A DNA stretch of 64,000 nucleotides from Thermoproteota archaeon (GCA_037917685.1 JAVCBU010000006.1:160001-224000); one strand, 5' to 3'; positions 49,673 through 59,827 are shown, counted from the first letter of the stretch. The notes: generated by a model not told the origin, from the sequence alone. Translations and numbers: made by a program.

Positions 49673-50407
49673 CTATCCAGCTAAACCCCTCATCCTATTA
49701 ATTATCTCCTCGACGCTTTCTGCTTTTGAAAGTATGAACGGAATTTTCATAATCTTAGCAAGCTCTATGGCTAGCTCATCAGCGTTCTCTGTCCCATGGA
49801 TGACTACTGCGCAAGGTTTGATGTTCACAACCTTTAGTGCAATCATCGGAGATCTACCAGTTGTGACTCTTGTAAATATCAAAGCCCTTTCTGTTGTCAT
49901 ACCGAAAAGCTGCATGAAATCATTAAAACCAGCAAGCCTCTTTATCGCCTCTATACTGTCTATTATCGTGTATCCGTACATAAATTCGTTCAAATATTCA
50001 TTTCCGTATAATACTTCACCCTTAACCCTATCAACAAGTTCCTCTACTGACATAGGAGTTGCAAATTCTTTAATATCTACTATTCCTATAAGGGTTGAGC
50101 TCAAGCCTGTCGTCTTTGATAGAAGCGCTATTGTATTTCCCCCTCTATCCTCGTCCACCTTTATAAGAGTCTCGATGAACCTTCTTAACACTAGAGAACC
50201 CGGGCTCTTCCTCCGTCCGGATTCATAGTCAGAAATTACCGAAGGTGAGACATTTAATAGAGAAGCTAGTTGACTTTGCTTTATCCCAAAAAACTCCCTC
50301 CACTTCCGCATGGCTAGACCTATATTTTGTGAGAAAAGTATATCTCCTGCTATCTTTTTAGCAACCATCTCACGGATTATCCGACCATGTTGCTCCTTAA
50401 TTTCCAT
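49673..50407 (-). CDS. XRE-HTH transcriptional regulator (COG1709-like)
   Basis: RKWRE.F, SVISDYESGRRKSPG, GRSPMIA. Confidence 0.9.
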   Translation of the reverse strand: MEIKEQHGRIIREMVAKKIAGDILFSQNIGLAMRKWREFFGIKQSQLASLLNVSPSVISDYESGRRKSPGSLVLRRFIETLIKVDEDRGGNTIALLSKTTGLSSTLIGIVDIKEFATPMSVEELVDRVKGEVLYGNEYLNEFMYGYTIIDSIEAIKRLAGFNDFMQLFGMTTERALIFTRVTTGRSPMIALKVVNIKPCAVVIHGTENADELAIELAKIMKIPFILSKAESVEEIINRMRGLAG

Positions 50408-50462
50408 ACCGCTCTTAAATTAGCTGTCGAATATCCTTTATAAAATTTATTAGTAATAGTCG

Positions 50463-51122
50463 ATGGCATTAAGAAAAATTTTTCATAAGAACCCTCTGAA
50501 TGATAGTAGAGAGCGTATGAAAAAACAAGTAATCACAGAGGGTAAGATATACTTCCCACTCAGTGAAACACTTAAAATAGTAATAGAAAACATCATGAAA
50601 AGGTTAACAAGGGCTCTCTTAACAATGAGCGGGATTGTTCTTTCAATAGCATTTTATACAACCTTGATGATAACTGCTTCTGCATTGAAATATACGCTAG
50701 GCGCCCAGCAAGTTATCTCAGAGTACTATTGGTGGATGCTATTTCTAGCCTTTCTTGTTTCGGCAACCGGCATAACAAACTCAGTGTTAATGGCAGTTGC
50801 TGAAAGGGTTCGTGAAATAGGCACTCTAAAATGTTTGGGGGCAATGGATAAACATATCCTAGAAATGTTCATACTTGAGAACGCGTTCATTGGCGCTATA
50901 GGGGGAATAGTTGGGTTCATAGTAGGTATAATAGCGGCAATCGTGTTAAATGCATCCACAATAGGGATATCTAGCTTCTTTGCGATACCAGGCATACAAT
51001 TTCTAAAAGCCCTCTTAAGTTCAGTCTTAATTTCAACGATACTCTCAGTGGTAATGTCATCGTATCCTGCGTACCGGGCGGCTAAACTCCAGCCAGCTGA
51101 AGCCCTAAGATCTGTAGCATAG
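50463..51122 (+). CDS. ABC transporter permease (FtsX/MacB-like)
   Basis: ERVREIGTLKCLGA, YPAYRAA. Confidence 0.88.
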   Translation: MALRKIFHKNPLNDSRERMKKQVITEGKIYFPLSETLKIVIENIMKRLTRALLTMSGIVLSIAFYTTLMITASALKYTLGAQQVISEYYWWMLFLAFLVSATGITNSVLMAVAERVREIGTLKCLGAMDKHILEMFILENAFIGAIGGIVGFIVGIIAAIVLNASTIGISSFFAIPGIQFLKALLSSVLISTILSVVMSSYPAYRAAKLQPAEALRSVA

Positions 51123-51872
51123 GTGATCCGGATGGGAGAGGAAACGAGTTATGCGTATACAGTTGAGGTTGAAGGATTAAAGAAATATTACAGGATGGGA
51201 AACACCATTGTTAAAGCCTTAGATGGAATTGACATGAAGATATACCGTGGAGAGTATCTTAGCATCATGGGGCCAAGTGGCTCAGGGAAAACAACCTTGT
51301 TTAATATGATAGGAGGACTTGATAGGCCTACGGCCGGCAAAGTGTTTATAGACGAGGTTGATATAGCCCAGTTAGATGCCTATGAACTTGCCTGGCTTCG
51401 GGCTAGGAAAATAGGGTACATCTTCCAAACATTTAACCTCATACCAGTGATGACAGCATATGAGAACGTAGTACTCCCAATGATTTTCGCTGGAGTTGAA
51501 GCTGAGGAAAGAAGGAGAAGAGCACTCGAACTCCTAGATAGGGTCGGCCTCCTTAAATTCAAGGATCACAAACCATATGAGCTTTCCGGGGGGCAGCAGC
51601 AGAGAGTGGCTATAGCTAGGGCTCTAGCCAATAATCCCGCTATAGTTCTAGCCGACGAGCCGACAGGAAACCTAGACCTAGAAACGGGAAAGGAGATAAT
51701 AAAACTTCTAAAAGAACTTAACGAGGAAAGAGAGGTGACGATAATTACAGCAACTCACGATATAAAAATGCTCGCTGTCAGCGATAGAATAGCCTGGCTT
51801 AGGGACGGCAAGATTCAAAGGATAGAGAAGAGAAGTGAGGTTAGATTTAAAGTATACAAGGTGGAGGGCTAG
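51123..51872 (+). CDS. ABC transporter ATPase (LolD/MacB-like)
   Basis: [21 protein letters not shown]. Confidence 0.93.
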   Translation: MIRMGEETSYAYTVEVEGLKKYYRMGNTIVKALDGIDMKIYRGEYLSIMGPSGSGKTTLFNMIGGLDRPTAGKVFIDEVDIAQLDAYELAWLRARKIGYIFQTFNLIPVMTAYENVVLPMIFAGVEAEERRRRALELLDRVGLLKFKDHKPYELSGGQQQRVAIARALANNPAIVLADEPTGNLDLETGKEIIKLLKELNEEREVTIITATHDIKMLAVSDRIAWLRDGKIQRIEKRSEVRFKVYKVEG

Positions 51873-52180
51873 GGCAGTAGGTATTCAATAATCCTCCTCA
51901 GCTCTTCCCTGTCCAAATTATACGTATCATATTTTTCATTTTTTTCAGCAATCCTCTGGGCCAATAAATGGATGCAGTACTTCTTTTCCATCCGCGAGAC
52001 CACTCTCACATAAAAGTCTTCACAACTGCAATAAATATCTGGGAGAACCAAGTAATCTCTTTCTTTTCCTACGACAACCCATAAAGCAATTCCATTAAAG
52101 ACATACTTTTTAACCCTGCCATCTCTCACAAGATTCAAGGCTTCAGCATTGTCAGACCCAAAAGTACCGGTACATCCCAT
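51869..52180 (-). CDS. SWIM zinc-finger protein
   Basis: YCSCEDF...CIH. Confidence 0.85.
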   Translation of the reverse strand: MGCTGTFGSDNAEALNLVRDGRVKKYVFNGIALWVVVGKERDYLVLPDIYCSCEDFYVRVVSRMEKKYCIHLLAQRIAEKNEKYDTYNLDREELRRIIEYLLP

Positions 52181-52211
52181 TGATTGTTTATATTCTTATG
52201 CTGGACTTATA

Positions 52212-52979
52212 ATGATAGTGCAGCCTATCTGGGGGGAACCAGCATTTGTATCACGATATAATAAGCGCAGAACTCTAGTCATCGCCGACGTCCACCTCGG
52301 TGTATCAATGAACTATCCCGGTAATCCTTACAGTAATCTCGTTACGGAAGCACAGAGACTATACAATGAAATACTTCTACTCATCGAAAGAGAGAAGTGT
52401 AGAAAACTGTTAATATTAGGCGACGTAAAACATGACATCCTCCCACTAAAGGGTAGGTATAAAGACGTGTTACAGGATTTTGTAAAGGAGCTATCTGAAT
52501 TCACGGATATTGTGATTATAAAAGGTAACCATGACGCTGGAATAGAGAAGATAGCAAGCCGATACGCCTCTGTTATAGAAAGCAGTGGCATGCTAATGGG
52601 TAATTACGCACTATTACACGGCCATGCAAATCCTTCGCCCATACTAAACAAAGCAAATATTTTCATAATAGGGCATATTCACCCGGCTTACCGTCTGTCA
52701 ATAGTAATAGATCGCACAGTAAAAGTTTGGGTTAAAATGAAAATAGATAAAAACATGATATTCAACCGTAGACCTTTTTACGATGTAAATGAAGCTAAAC
52801 TAATCGTTACGCCCGCGTTTAATCCATATATTATAGGTTTCCCGATCAATGAGAAATGCATTAGAGAACATTTGCCCGTCTGCCCTCTTGTTAGACGTGG
52901 CGTAATAAAGGGGTCTCCAATCCATTTATACTCGCTAGATGGCACCTTACTCGCGAAGGTGGAGGCTATAAGTTTGTAA
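52212..52979 (+). CDS. Calcineurin-like metallophosphoesterase
   Basis: ADVHLG, GDVKH, GNHD, HGH, GHIHP. Confidence 0.9.
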   Translation: MIVQPIWGEPAFVSRYNKRRTLVIADVHLGVSMNYPGNPYSNLVTEAQRLYNEILLLIEREKCRKLLILGDVKHDILPLKGRYKDVLQDFVKELSEFTDIVIIKGNHDAGIEKIASRYASVIESSGMLMGNYALLHGHANPSPILNKANIFIIGHIHPAYRLSIVIDRTVKVWVKMKIDKNMIFNRRPFYDVNEAKLIVTPAFNPYIIGFPINEKCIREHLPVCPLVRRGVIKGSPIHLYSLDGTLLAKVEAISL

Positions 52980-53080
52980 TGGGGGCACTGGGATTTGAAT
53001 TCCTGCTATGCCCCAGGTCTCAAGGTTTCTCTGCTGTGCACCCGAACCTTGAAGGCTAGACCAGGCTACCCCATGCCCCC
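52980..53080 (-). tRNA. tRNA-Pro(CGG) with two introns: 37/38 (53027-53040) and 53/54 (53000-53011)
   Basis: Removing both restores a 75-nt cloverleaf; helix CCTG/CAGG for the T-arm intron. Confidence 0.9.
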
Positions 53081-53117
53081 ACTTATGAGAACATGAATCT
53101 AATAATTAAGCTTATCC

Positions 53118-53600
53118 CTATCTCTTCATTTTCTCGGATAGCAATTTATATATACTTGCCAAACTTGCAGATATAACTTTGACATCAGCAATAACGGGCA
53201 TGAAGTTAGTGTCCCCATTCCATCTTGGTACAATATGTAGATGTATATGACCTATCACTCCTGCACCAGCTGCCCTGCCAATGTTAAATCCTATGTTAAA
53301 ACCATCCGGTTTTAATGTGGAACTTAGAGAATCAATACACCTTATTAACATCATCCTGATTTCTCCCCAAGTTTCAGGGTCTATCTCGTTAAAGCTGTCG
53401 GTATGTTTATATGGGGCTATTAGCAAGTGACCAGGGTTGTAGGGGTATCTATTCATTACTGTAAAACATTTCTCCCCCTTCATCAGTATCAATGTGTCTA
53501 AGCCTTCCTCTTTTCCAGCTAGTACGCAGAAGAGACAGCCCTCTTGCTTGCTGGTCTTCTTAACGTATTCATGTCTCCAAGGAGCCCATAGAAGCTTCAT
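53118..53600 (-). CDS. HIT family hydrolase
   Basis: LWAPWR, HIHLHIVPRW. Confidence 0.93.
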   Translation of the reverse strand: MKLLWAPWRHEYVKKTSKQEGCLFCVLAGKEEGLDTLILMKGEKCFTVMNRYPYNPGHLLIAPYKHTDSFNEIDPETWGEIRMMLIRCIDSLSSTLKPDGFNIGFNIGRAAGAGVIGHIHLHIVPRWNGDTNFMPVIADVKVISASLASIYKLLSEKMKR

Positions 53601-53956
53601 TTCTTTTCAGCCCTCAGTCTTATTATAGCCTCTGCTATATCGCCTTTACTTTCCATGAGCGCCTTTTCCGCCTCTTCTAGACTACATCCAACCTGCTCTG
53701 CTACAAGTTTTATATCTTCTTCGGGAATCTCAACCTTTTCCTCTACCAATAGAGGCTTCCTACTGGTTTTACCTGTTATTTGAAATATTTTCTCCCCCTG
53801 CATCTTCATAACTTGTATTTTAGGTTCATCTATGACAATAATCTCTGTGTTTGTCTTGATGGTAACTTCAATGGCATCTGGTATTTCCTCTACTGTTATA
53901 CCCATTCTCTTCAGGGTTCTAGCGAGAGCCCTAGGACTCATCTTTCTACCTATCAT
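53597..53956 (-). CDS. nac: Nascent polypeptide-associated complex protein
   Basis: NAC domain plus UBA (EDIKLVAEQ...GDIAEAI). Confidence 0.93.
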   Translation of the reverse strand: MIGRKMSPRALARTLKRMGITVEEIPDAIEVTIKTNTEIIVIDEPKIQVMKMQGEKIFQITGKTSRKPLLVEEKVEIPEEDIKLVAEQVGCSLEEAEKALMESKGDIAEAIIRLRAEKK

Positions 53957-54021
53957 TCACTATGGGATTAGACTGAAAGTGTTATAAAATTTAGGAACAC
54001 ACATCAAAGTGGTGCATTAAA

Positions 54022-54504
54022 TTAGTCCTCAGATGCGAGATTTGCGGGAGGATCATAGATAATCCAATCTGGATTACTATGGGGGGGAGGACAGTACCTG
54101 TATGTAAAAGGTGCTCCCCTCGGAGATTTCAAAGAAAGCCCCATGTAAAAGAAAAAGGGTATAAGCCGAAACCTACAGTTAAGAGACGCACGCTTGCAGA
54201 AGAGCCAGAATATACACTTATTGATGGATATGGGAGACTCATTAAAACTGCAAGAGAAAAGCTTCATCTGAAAAGAGAGGATCTGGCGGCGAAGCTTGGA
54301 ATTAAAAGATCGCATTTGGAAAACATAGAACTTGAAAGAATAAAACCAAGCATAAACCTTGCTAAAAAGTTTGAGAGACTTCTAAACATTCAAATCCTCG
54401 AGAAAATAGAGGAGGAACCAGTTGTTCTAACGTCTTCTAGCGTGTCAGGTACGAGTCTAACCCTCGGTGAGGTTTTAAAACTGAAAAAACGGGGGAAGAA
54501 GTGA
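54022..54504 (+). CDS. mbf1: Multiprotein bridging factor aMBF1 (start uncertain, non-canonical)
   Basis: In-frame CEICG (54034) ... VCKRC Zn ribbon, HTH, TLGE. Confidence 0.85.
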   Translation, partial: LVLRCEICGRIIDNPIWITMGGRTVPVCKRCSPRRFQRKPHVKEKGYKPKPTVKRRTLAEEPEYTLIDGYGRLIKTAREKLHLKREDLAAKLGIKRSHLENIELERIKPSINLAKKFERLLNIQILEKIEEEPVVLTSSSVSGTSLTLGEVLKLKKRGKK

Positions 54505-54549
54505 TAGTCAAAAATTAAAAGGAAGGAAAAACCTATCTATAATGAGTTC

Positions 54550-55077
54550 ATGAGGAAGATAGCTGAACTTCTCGTACTTGCGCTAATCAGTATTGGTATC
54601 GACGAAAATGTTGCTGATAAATTCGAAAAAGTATTCTCTGAAAACAATGAGGTTCTTGAGGGTGAGATAATAGAGGAGTTAGGAGTTGAACCTGCATCTG
54701 CCAGGAGAATTCTATTCAAACTTCAGTACGAGAACATAATGCGCTATAGGAAAGTATCTAACATTGAATCTGATAGAAACTCCGAAGTTTACTGGACACT
54801 AAACAAGGAAGGAATATTAAAACTTGTCAAGAGACGGGTGAAAATGATGAAGAAAAACCTAGAGAAAAGGCTAGAATACGAAACTTCAGAGATCATTTAT
54901 GAGTGTGCTAATGAGCCAACACATGCTAGAATGCCCATTTCAGATGCTATGGCTCAAAACTTTGTATGTCCGGAATGCGGGGCGAGTCTGGTACAGACGG
55001 CAAAGGAAAATATTGTAGAAAACTTAAATAAACTGATCGAGTTCCTGGATCACATGATATCTGATTTGGAAAGATAG
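54550..55077 (+). CDS. tfe: Transcription factor E alpha
   Basis: wHTH, YW.L, LEYE, FVCPECG. Confidence 0.88.
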   Translation: MRKIAELLVLALISIGIDENVADKFEKVFSENNEVLEGEIIEELGVEPASARRILFKLQYENIMRYRKVSNIESDRNSEVYWTLNKEGILKLVKRRVKMMKKNLEKRLEYETSEIIYECANEPTHARMPISDAMAQNFVCPECGASLVQTAKENIVENLNKLIEFLDHMISDLER

Positions 55078-55164
55078 ACTAAGCCTGCTACTCCAAACTC
55101 CAAGTATGATATCGACGAGATTATAGTATAAAGCTTAAATTAGTCTACAACACTTTACCTTATT

Positions 55165-55278
55165 GCCGGGGTACTCTAGAGGCAGTCGCCGGAGAATCCG
55201 GTAGGAGGCAGAGATAAGCCTAAGCCTGCTAAGCCTGTGCCCCATCGGGGCTCGTGGGTTCGAATCCCACCCCCGGCG
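55165..55278 (+). tRNA. tRNA-Ser(GCT) with two introns: 15/16 (55180-55196) and 29/30 (55212-55223)
   Basis: Long variable arm; helices CTCT/GGAG and AGGC/GCCT with 3-nt bulges. Confidence 0.88.
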
Positions 55279-55282
55279 CTAT

Positions 55283-55366
55283 GGGCCGGTAGTCTAGCGG
55301 TATGACACGTGGCATAAGGCTGCCCTTACGAGGCAGAGGTCGAGGGTTCGACTCCCTCCCGGCCCA
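55283..55366 (+). tRNA. tRNA-Val(TAC) with 12-nt intron at 25/26 (55307-55318)
   Basis: Helix TATG/CATA; CTGCC/GGCAG stem. Confidence 0.9.
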
Positions 55367-55443
55367 TTTCATAATAGACCATTCAGCTGCTTGCCCAGGA
55401 ATCCATTAGATAGAATCTATCGTAACTAAATATGATAGAAATG

Positions 55444-55761
55444 GGCGGCTGGGCTTCCCCGAGGTGGATGCCCCTAGGCATGCCCGTAGGTAGGGGGACT
55501 CCTCAGCCTCGTTGCTCAGGAGCACCTAGCGTCCAGCTTACGGCTGCTCTCTTCCGAGCCTGGCCGGTTTCGCTGGCAAGGGGGTCGGGGTCCCTTCTCC
55601 AAGGGAACGCCCCCTCCGCCGGCCCCCTGAGGCGAAGCTTCATCAGATTCCACTCCAACCCCGTGACATGCTTCGGAGCACCGCCCTCGGGGATTACTGG
55701 CCCCGGCTTTAGCCTTCCGGAAGTAGGAGGCGGCTACCCTCCCAGCCCTACCCCAGCCGCC
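55444..55761 (-). ncRNA. ffs: Archaeal SRP (7S) RNA
   Basis: Terminal helix GGCGGCTGGG/CCCAGCCGCC, helix 6 GGAG loop, helix 8 CCAGGCTCGGAAGAGAGCAG. Confidence 0.93.
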
Positions 55762-55859
55762 ATATTTTAAACACACCTCATCTTATATAATGGTTGCCTT
55801 AGTCAAAGATTTTAATAGTGGCTGAGGTATTATTTTGCTAAATAAGGAGGGAAAGAGCT

Positions 55860-56330
55860 TTGCCGCCAAACTTTGGATATTCATACAATGAAGTTAAAGA
55901 GAACCAAGTGAGAGTTAGCCTTAGAGATGTGAGAGTTTCATTTAAGGACTCAGTAGAAGTCTGTAGAGTTATCAGGGGAATGAAGATAGATGATGCAAGG
56001 ACCTTTTTGAAAAACGTGATAGACGGGAAAAGAGCGGTCCCATTCAAACGTTATAAGAAACACGTCGGTCACAGAAAGGGTTTACAGGGGTGGCCCGCTG
56101 GTAGATACCCGAAAAAGATCGCCAGTAAAATCCTGGAACTCCTCGACCATGGAGAAGCCATGGCTGAAGATAAAGGGTTAGACATAGAATCCCTGTATAT
56201 AGTTCACCTTGCTGCACAACAGGGTCCTAAGCTTAGAAGGTATTTCCCACGTGCTTACGGAAGGGCCACACCAAAAATAGAGCAGCTAGTCCACTTTGAA
56301 CTAGTTTTGGAGGAGAGGGTACATGAGTGA
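55860..56330 (+). CDS. rpl22: Ribosomal protein uL22
   Basis: AVPFKRY, GRYP.K, PRAYGRA. Confidence 0.96.
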   Translation: MPPNFGYSYNEVKENQVRVSLRDVRVSFKDSVEVCRVIRGMKIDDARTFLKNVIDGKRAVPFKRYKKHVGHRKGLQGWPAGRYPKKIASKILELLDHGEAMAEDKGLDIESLYIVHLAAQQGPKLRRYFPRAYGRATPKIEQLVHFELVLEERVHE

Positions 56331-56982
56331 AAAGAGGCAACCCATACATAGACAGATCGTGGCTGAACAGCTTAAAAAAGCAGAGTTAGACGAGTTTCTA
56401 AAGAGGGAGTTAGAAGACTCAGGATTTGATCATGTCGAAGTAATATCGTCCGCCGTCAAAGAAAGAATACTAGTGTTTGCAGAAAGACCGGGAGTTGTCA
56501 TCGGGCGTCATGGGAGAACCTCTAAAAGGCTTGCTGAACTTATCTCAAAAAGATTTTCAATGGAAAACCCATATGTAGAAGCCATCTCTGTTAAGAACTC
56601 ATATTTAAGTTCAAGAATCGTGGCTAACAAGATAAAAAGGAGAATACTCTTGGGTTATAATCCAAGACGGGTTGGTTATTTCACCATGCGAAATGTTATG
56701 GACGCAGGGGCTCTAGGTGTGGAAATAATTATAAGCGGAAAATTTGGTGGAGAAAGAGCTAGAAGCCTTAGGTTCAGAGACGGAGTAATGATGAAAACAG
56801 GAACTACAACGACTCAGTATGTAAGTGAAGCTGTGGAACATGTTCTTCTAAAACAAGGTATGATGGGCGTGAAAGTTAGAATATTACTTCCGGAAATAAG
56901 AAAGCCGGATGAGCTAAGAATTAGAGAAAATAAAGCCAAAGAATTGTTAAAGGAACAGGTGAGAGAACTTGCCGCTAGTTAG
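56323..56982 (+). CDS. rps3: Ribosomal protein uS3
   Basis: RPGVVIGR, GALGVEIIISGK. Confidence 0.96.
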   Translation: MSEKRQPIHRQIVAEQLKKAELDEFLKRELEDSGFDHVEVISSAVKERILVFAERPGVVIGRHGRTSKRLAELISKRFSMENPYVEAISVKNSYLSSRIVANKIKRRILLGYNPRRVGYFTMRNVMDAGALGVEIIISGKFGGERARSLRFRDGVMMKTGTTTTQYVSEAVEHVLLKQGMMGVKVRILLPEIRKPDELRIRENKAKELLKEQVRELAAS

Positions 56983-57193
56983 ACTGTCAGAATTAAGGGA
57001 AATGGATAGGAAATCGCTTGAGGATAAACTGTTGGAGCTTAAAAGGGAACTGTTTAGGGTAAGAGTCCAGAAAGCTGTTTCTGGACAACTAGACAATCCT
57101 TCTGTCGAAAGAGAGCTCAGAAAATCCATAGCGAGAGTTCTAACAGTAATGAGGGAAAGGGGATACATAAAACCTAGAGGAAGGTTAAGATGA
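56969..57193 (+). CDS. rpl29: Ribosomal protein uL29
   Basis: ELREM...LRKSIARVLT. Confidence 0.93.
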   Translation: MPLVRLSELREMDRKSLEDKLLELKRELFRVRVQKAVSGQLDNPSVERELRKSIARVLTVMRERGYIKPRGRLR

Positions 57194-57462
57194 AAATAAC
57201 GAGGAGGAATATATTGAAGCACGAGCTGATAGGATTACATGTTAAAGTGGTTAACTCTCCTGACCCATCCCAAACAGGTATAAAGGGGGCCGTTATAGAC
57301 GAGACCAAAAATCTTTTAGTGATTAGAACGGAAAAAGGTTTGAAGAAAATAGAAAAGAAGTATAGAACTTTTGAATTTAAGCTACCGAGCGGTGAGCGAG
57401 TTCAAGTTGATGGTAATAAAATAGTTCTGAGACCCGAAGACAGGGTGAAAACATGGCCGTGA
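57190..57462 (+). CDS. rnp1: RNase P protein Rpp29
   Basis: HELIGL, G.VIDETKN, RPEDR. Confidence 0.93.
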   Translation: MKITRRNILKHELIGLHVKVVNSPDPSQTGIKGAVIDETKNLLVIRTEKGLKKIEKKYRTFEFKLPSGERVQVDGNKIVLRPEDRVKTWP

Positions 57463-57788
57463 AAGATATGTTTAAGGATGTAGAAAAGCCTGGAGGCACC
57501 TGTACAGATAAAAACTGTCCGTATCACGGTAGCATTAAAGTGAGAGGTAGGGTAAGAGTAGGAAAAGTAGTTTCAGCAAAGATGACTGGTACTTGTACTG
57601 TTCAAATAGACTACCTAAAGTATATTCCTAAGTATAGGAGGTACATGAGAGCAAGATCTAAAATTCATGCGCACATACCTGCTTGTATAAATATAAAGGA
57701 GGGTGATATTGTTAAAATAGGAGAGTGTAGGAGGCTTGCAAAGACTGTCAGCCACGTAGTTTTAGGAAAGGTGATCAGGTATGGCTAG
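57453..57788 (+). CDS. rps17: Ribosomal protein uS17
   Basis: CTDKNCPYHG, GECRRLAKT. Confidence 0.95.
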   Translation: MAVKDMFKDVEKPGGTCTDKNCPYHGSIKVRGRVRVGKVVSAKMTGTCTVQIDYLKYIPKYRRYMRARSKIHAHIPACINIKEGDIVKIGECRRLAKTVSHVVLGKVIRYG

Positions 57789-58206
57789 AGCTTTAAGGAA
57801 AAGGAAAAAGATAGGGCCTCGGAGAAGAATAGCACGGGGACTACCGGTAGGGGCTAAAATAAAGTGCAGTGATAATTCCGGAGCGAAAGTCCTTCAAATA
57901 ATCGGTGTTAAAGGATATAGGGGGCCTAAAAACAGGCTACCTTCAGCTAGCGTTGGGGATCTAGTTATTGTAGCCGTTAAAGAAGGTAAACCAGATCTTG
58001 TACACACAGTTCAACGGGCTGTCATAATAAGGCAGAGGGCGCCATTTAGGAGAAAGAACGGTGAGGTAATAATGTTCGAAGATAACGCAGCTGTCTTAAT
58101 AAAACCTGATAACTCTCCTAGAGGCACGGAGATCAAGGGTCCTGTAGCAAGGGAGGCTATCGAAAGGTTTCCAGCTCTTTCAGGTGTAGCTTCAATGGTG
58201 GTTTAG
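57781..58206 (+). CDS. rpl14: Ribosomal protein uL14
   Basis: DNSGAK, FEDNAAV. Confidence 0.96.
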   Translation: MARALRKRKKIGPRRRIARGLPVGAKIKCSDNSGAKVLQIIGVKGYRGPKNRLPSASVGDLVIVAVKEGKPDLVHTVQRAVIIRQRAPFRRKNGEVIMFEDNAAVLIKPDNSPRGTEIKGPVAREAIERFPALSGVASMVV

Positions 58207-58207
58207 A

Positions 58208-58576
58208 ATGGCGAGACCTCGCTCCTCGAAGCCTGGAAAACAGAGGAAATACGAAGCCACAGCCCCCCTTCACGAGAGAAGGAAATTTTTAACCGCCCCC
58301 CTGTCCCCTGGCCTTCAGGAAAAATATGGTGTTAAAAGGCTGCCGGTGAGGAAAGGAGACAAGGTGTTGATTGTTAGGGGAGACTATATGGCGAGCGAAG
58401 GGAAAATAGTTAGAGTAGACTATAAGAAAATAAGAATCTATATAGAAAATGTTACAAGGAAGAAAGCTGATGGAACAGAAATCCACGTGCCGATACACCC
58501 CTCTAAAGTTATGATAACAGAACTCAAACTAGGGGATTCCCCAAGAGAGAAGATAATAGAAAGGAGGAGAGGTTAA
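58208..58576 (+). CDS. rpl24: Ribosomal protein uL24
   Basis: KQRK, PVRKGD.V, IHPSKV. Confidence 0.95.
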   Translation: MARPRSSKPGKQRKYEATAPLHERRKFLTAPLSPGLQEKYGVKRLPVRKGDKVLIVRGDYMASEGKIVRVDYKKIRIYIENVTRKKADGTEIHVPIHPSKVMITELKLGDSPREKIIERRRG

Positions 58577-58577
58577 T

Positions 58578-59282
58578 ATGGTCCATATGGGTGGATCTAA
58601 GCATCTCAAAAGATTTGCAGCCCCGGGGGTATGGCCAATACCGGTAAAAAGATACACATGGGCAATAAAACCTTTACCGGGACCTCACCAGACTGGCCTG
58701 TGTATACCTTTAGGGATGGTTTTGAGAGACATACTTAAATTTGGGGAGACCTTAAGAGAGGTTAAATTCATCCTAAATAGTGGATATATAAGAGTAGACG
58801 GGATCGTTAGAAGAGAATACAAGTTTCCAGTAGGGATGATGGATGTTATCTCTGTACTGAAGTTGAACAAACATTACAGGATTGTTCCCTCAAGCGGAGG
58901 GATGAAGCTTATCGAGATCCCAGTCGAGGACGCAGATAAGAAAATAGTGAAGGTAACCCGCAAAAAAACTACTAAAGGAGGGAAAATCCAGTTAGGGACG
59001 AATGATGGAAGATCTATCCTCTTAGATGAGACTCAAGAGATAAAAAGAGGAGATTCCCTCTTAATAAGGATTCCGGAACAGGAGATACTGGAACATCTTC
59101 CCTTAGCCGAAGGCAATGTTGCAGTATTTTATAGGGGGAAAAACGCTGGGACAGTAGGAGAAATAGTCGAAGTATCAGATCTGGTAAAGATCTCATGCGA
59201 TGGTCAGATTTATAGTGGATTGAGAGACTATATTATGGTAGTGGGAAGAGATAAACCTCTAATTAAAGTTGACGGTGCCTGA
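58578..59282 (+). CDS. rps4e: Ribosomal protein eS4
   Basis: HLKRFAAP, PGPH, PVGMMDV. Confidence 0.95.
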   Translation: MVHMGGSKHLKRFAAPGVWPIPVKRYTWAIKPLPGPHQTGLCIPLGMVLRDILKFGETLREVKFILNSGYIRVDGIVRREYKFPVGMMDVISVLKLNKHYRIVPSSGGMKLIEIPVEDADKKIVKVTRKKTTKGGKIQLGTNDGRSILLDETQEIKRGDSLLIRIPEQEILEHLPLAEGNVAVFYRGKNAGTVGEIVEVSDLVKISCDGQIYSGLRDYIMVVGRDKPLIKVDGA

Positions 59283-59284
59283 AC

Positions 59285-59827
59285 ATGAGCTACAGAGATG
59301 AAGTGATTAAAGACTGGAAGAATAATCCGATGAGAAAGCCTAGAATAGCATCGGTATGCCTTAATATCTGTGTCGGGACAAGTGGGGAGCCTCTAGAAAA
59401 AGCCGTGCGGATACTAGAGACTCTAACTGGTCAGAAACCATCGAGAAGGAAAGCTAAAAGGACTATTAGAAGCTTCGGGATACATAAGGGAGAGGCAATA
59501 GCATGTATAGTTACCGTAAGGGGTAAAAAAGCCTATGAAATTCTAGATAGGGTATCCCAGGCTGTTAACAAGGAAATTCGCAAGAGTTCATTTGACAAAA
59601 ACGGAAACTTCGGTTTTGGCATTGAAGAACACATAGATATACCTGGGATGAAATATGACCCTGACATTGGGATTTATGGCATGAACGTCTACGTTACGCT
59701 CGAAAGGCCCGGGTATAGAGTTAAAAAAAGGAGAATAAAAAGGCACAAGATCGGTTCTAAACATAGAATTACCAGAGAGGAGGCTATTATATTCGCAGAG
59801 GAGATTCTCGGGTTTAAAGTTAGATAG
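59285..59827 (+). CDS. rpl5: Ribosomal protein uL5
   Basis: [26 protein letters not shown]. Confidence 0.96.
   Translation: MSYRDEVIKDWKNNPMRKPRIASVCLNICVGTSGEPLEKAVRILETLTGQKPSRRKAKRTIRSFGIHKGEAIACIVTVRGKKAYEILDRVSQAVNKEIRKSSFDKNGNFGFGIEEHIDIPGMKYDPDIGIYGMNVYVTLERPGYRVKKRRIKRHKIGSKHRITREEAIIFAEEILGFKVR

Noticed and set aside
54009-54038. BHB intron rescuing the aMBF1 start
   Set aside because: The only candidate helix (GCAT/ATGC) would remove the first Cys and create a stop
55079-55090. CTAAGCCTGCTA upstream copy of the tRNA-Ser intron/anticodon sequence
   Set aside because: Only 12 nt with no further tRNA similarity; cannot be told from chance
55432-55776. ORFs 55432-55770 and 55516-55776, and an RNase P RNA assignment
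   Set aside because: These are shadows of a GC-rich RNA; the helix 6 and helix 8 motifs identify SRP RNA
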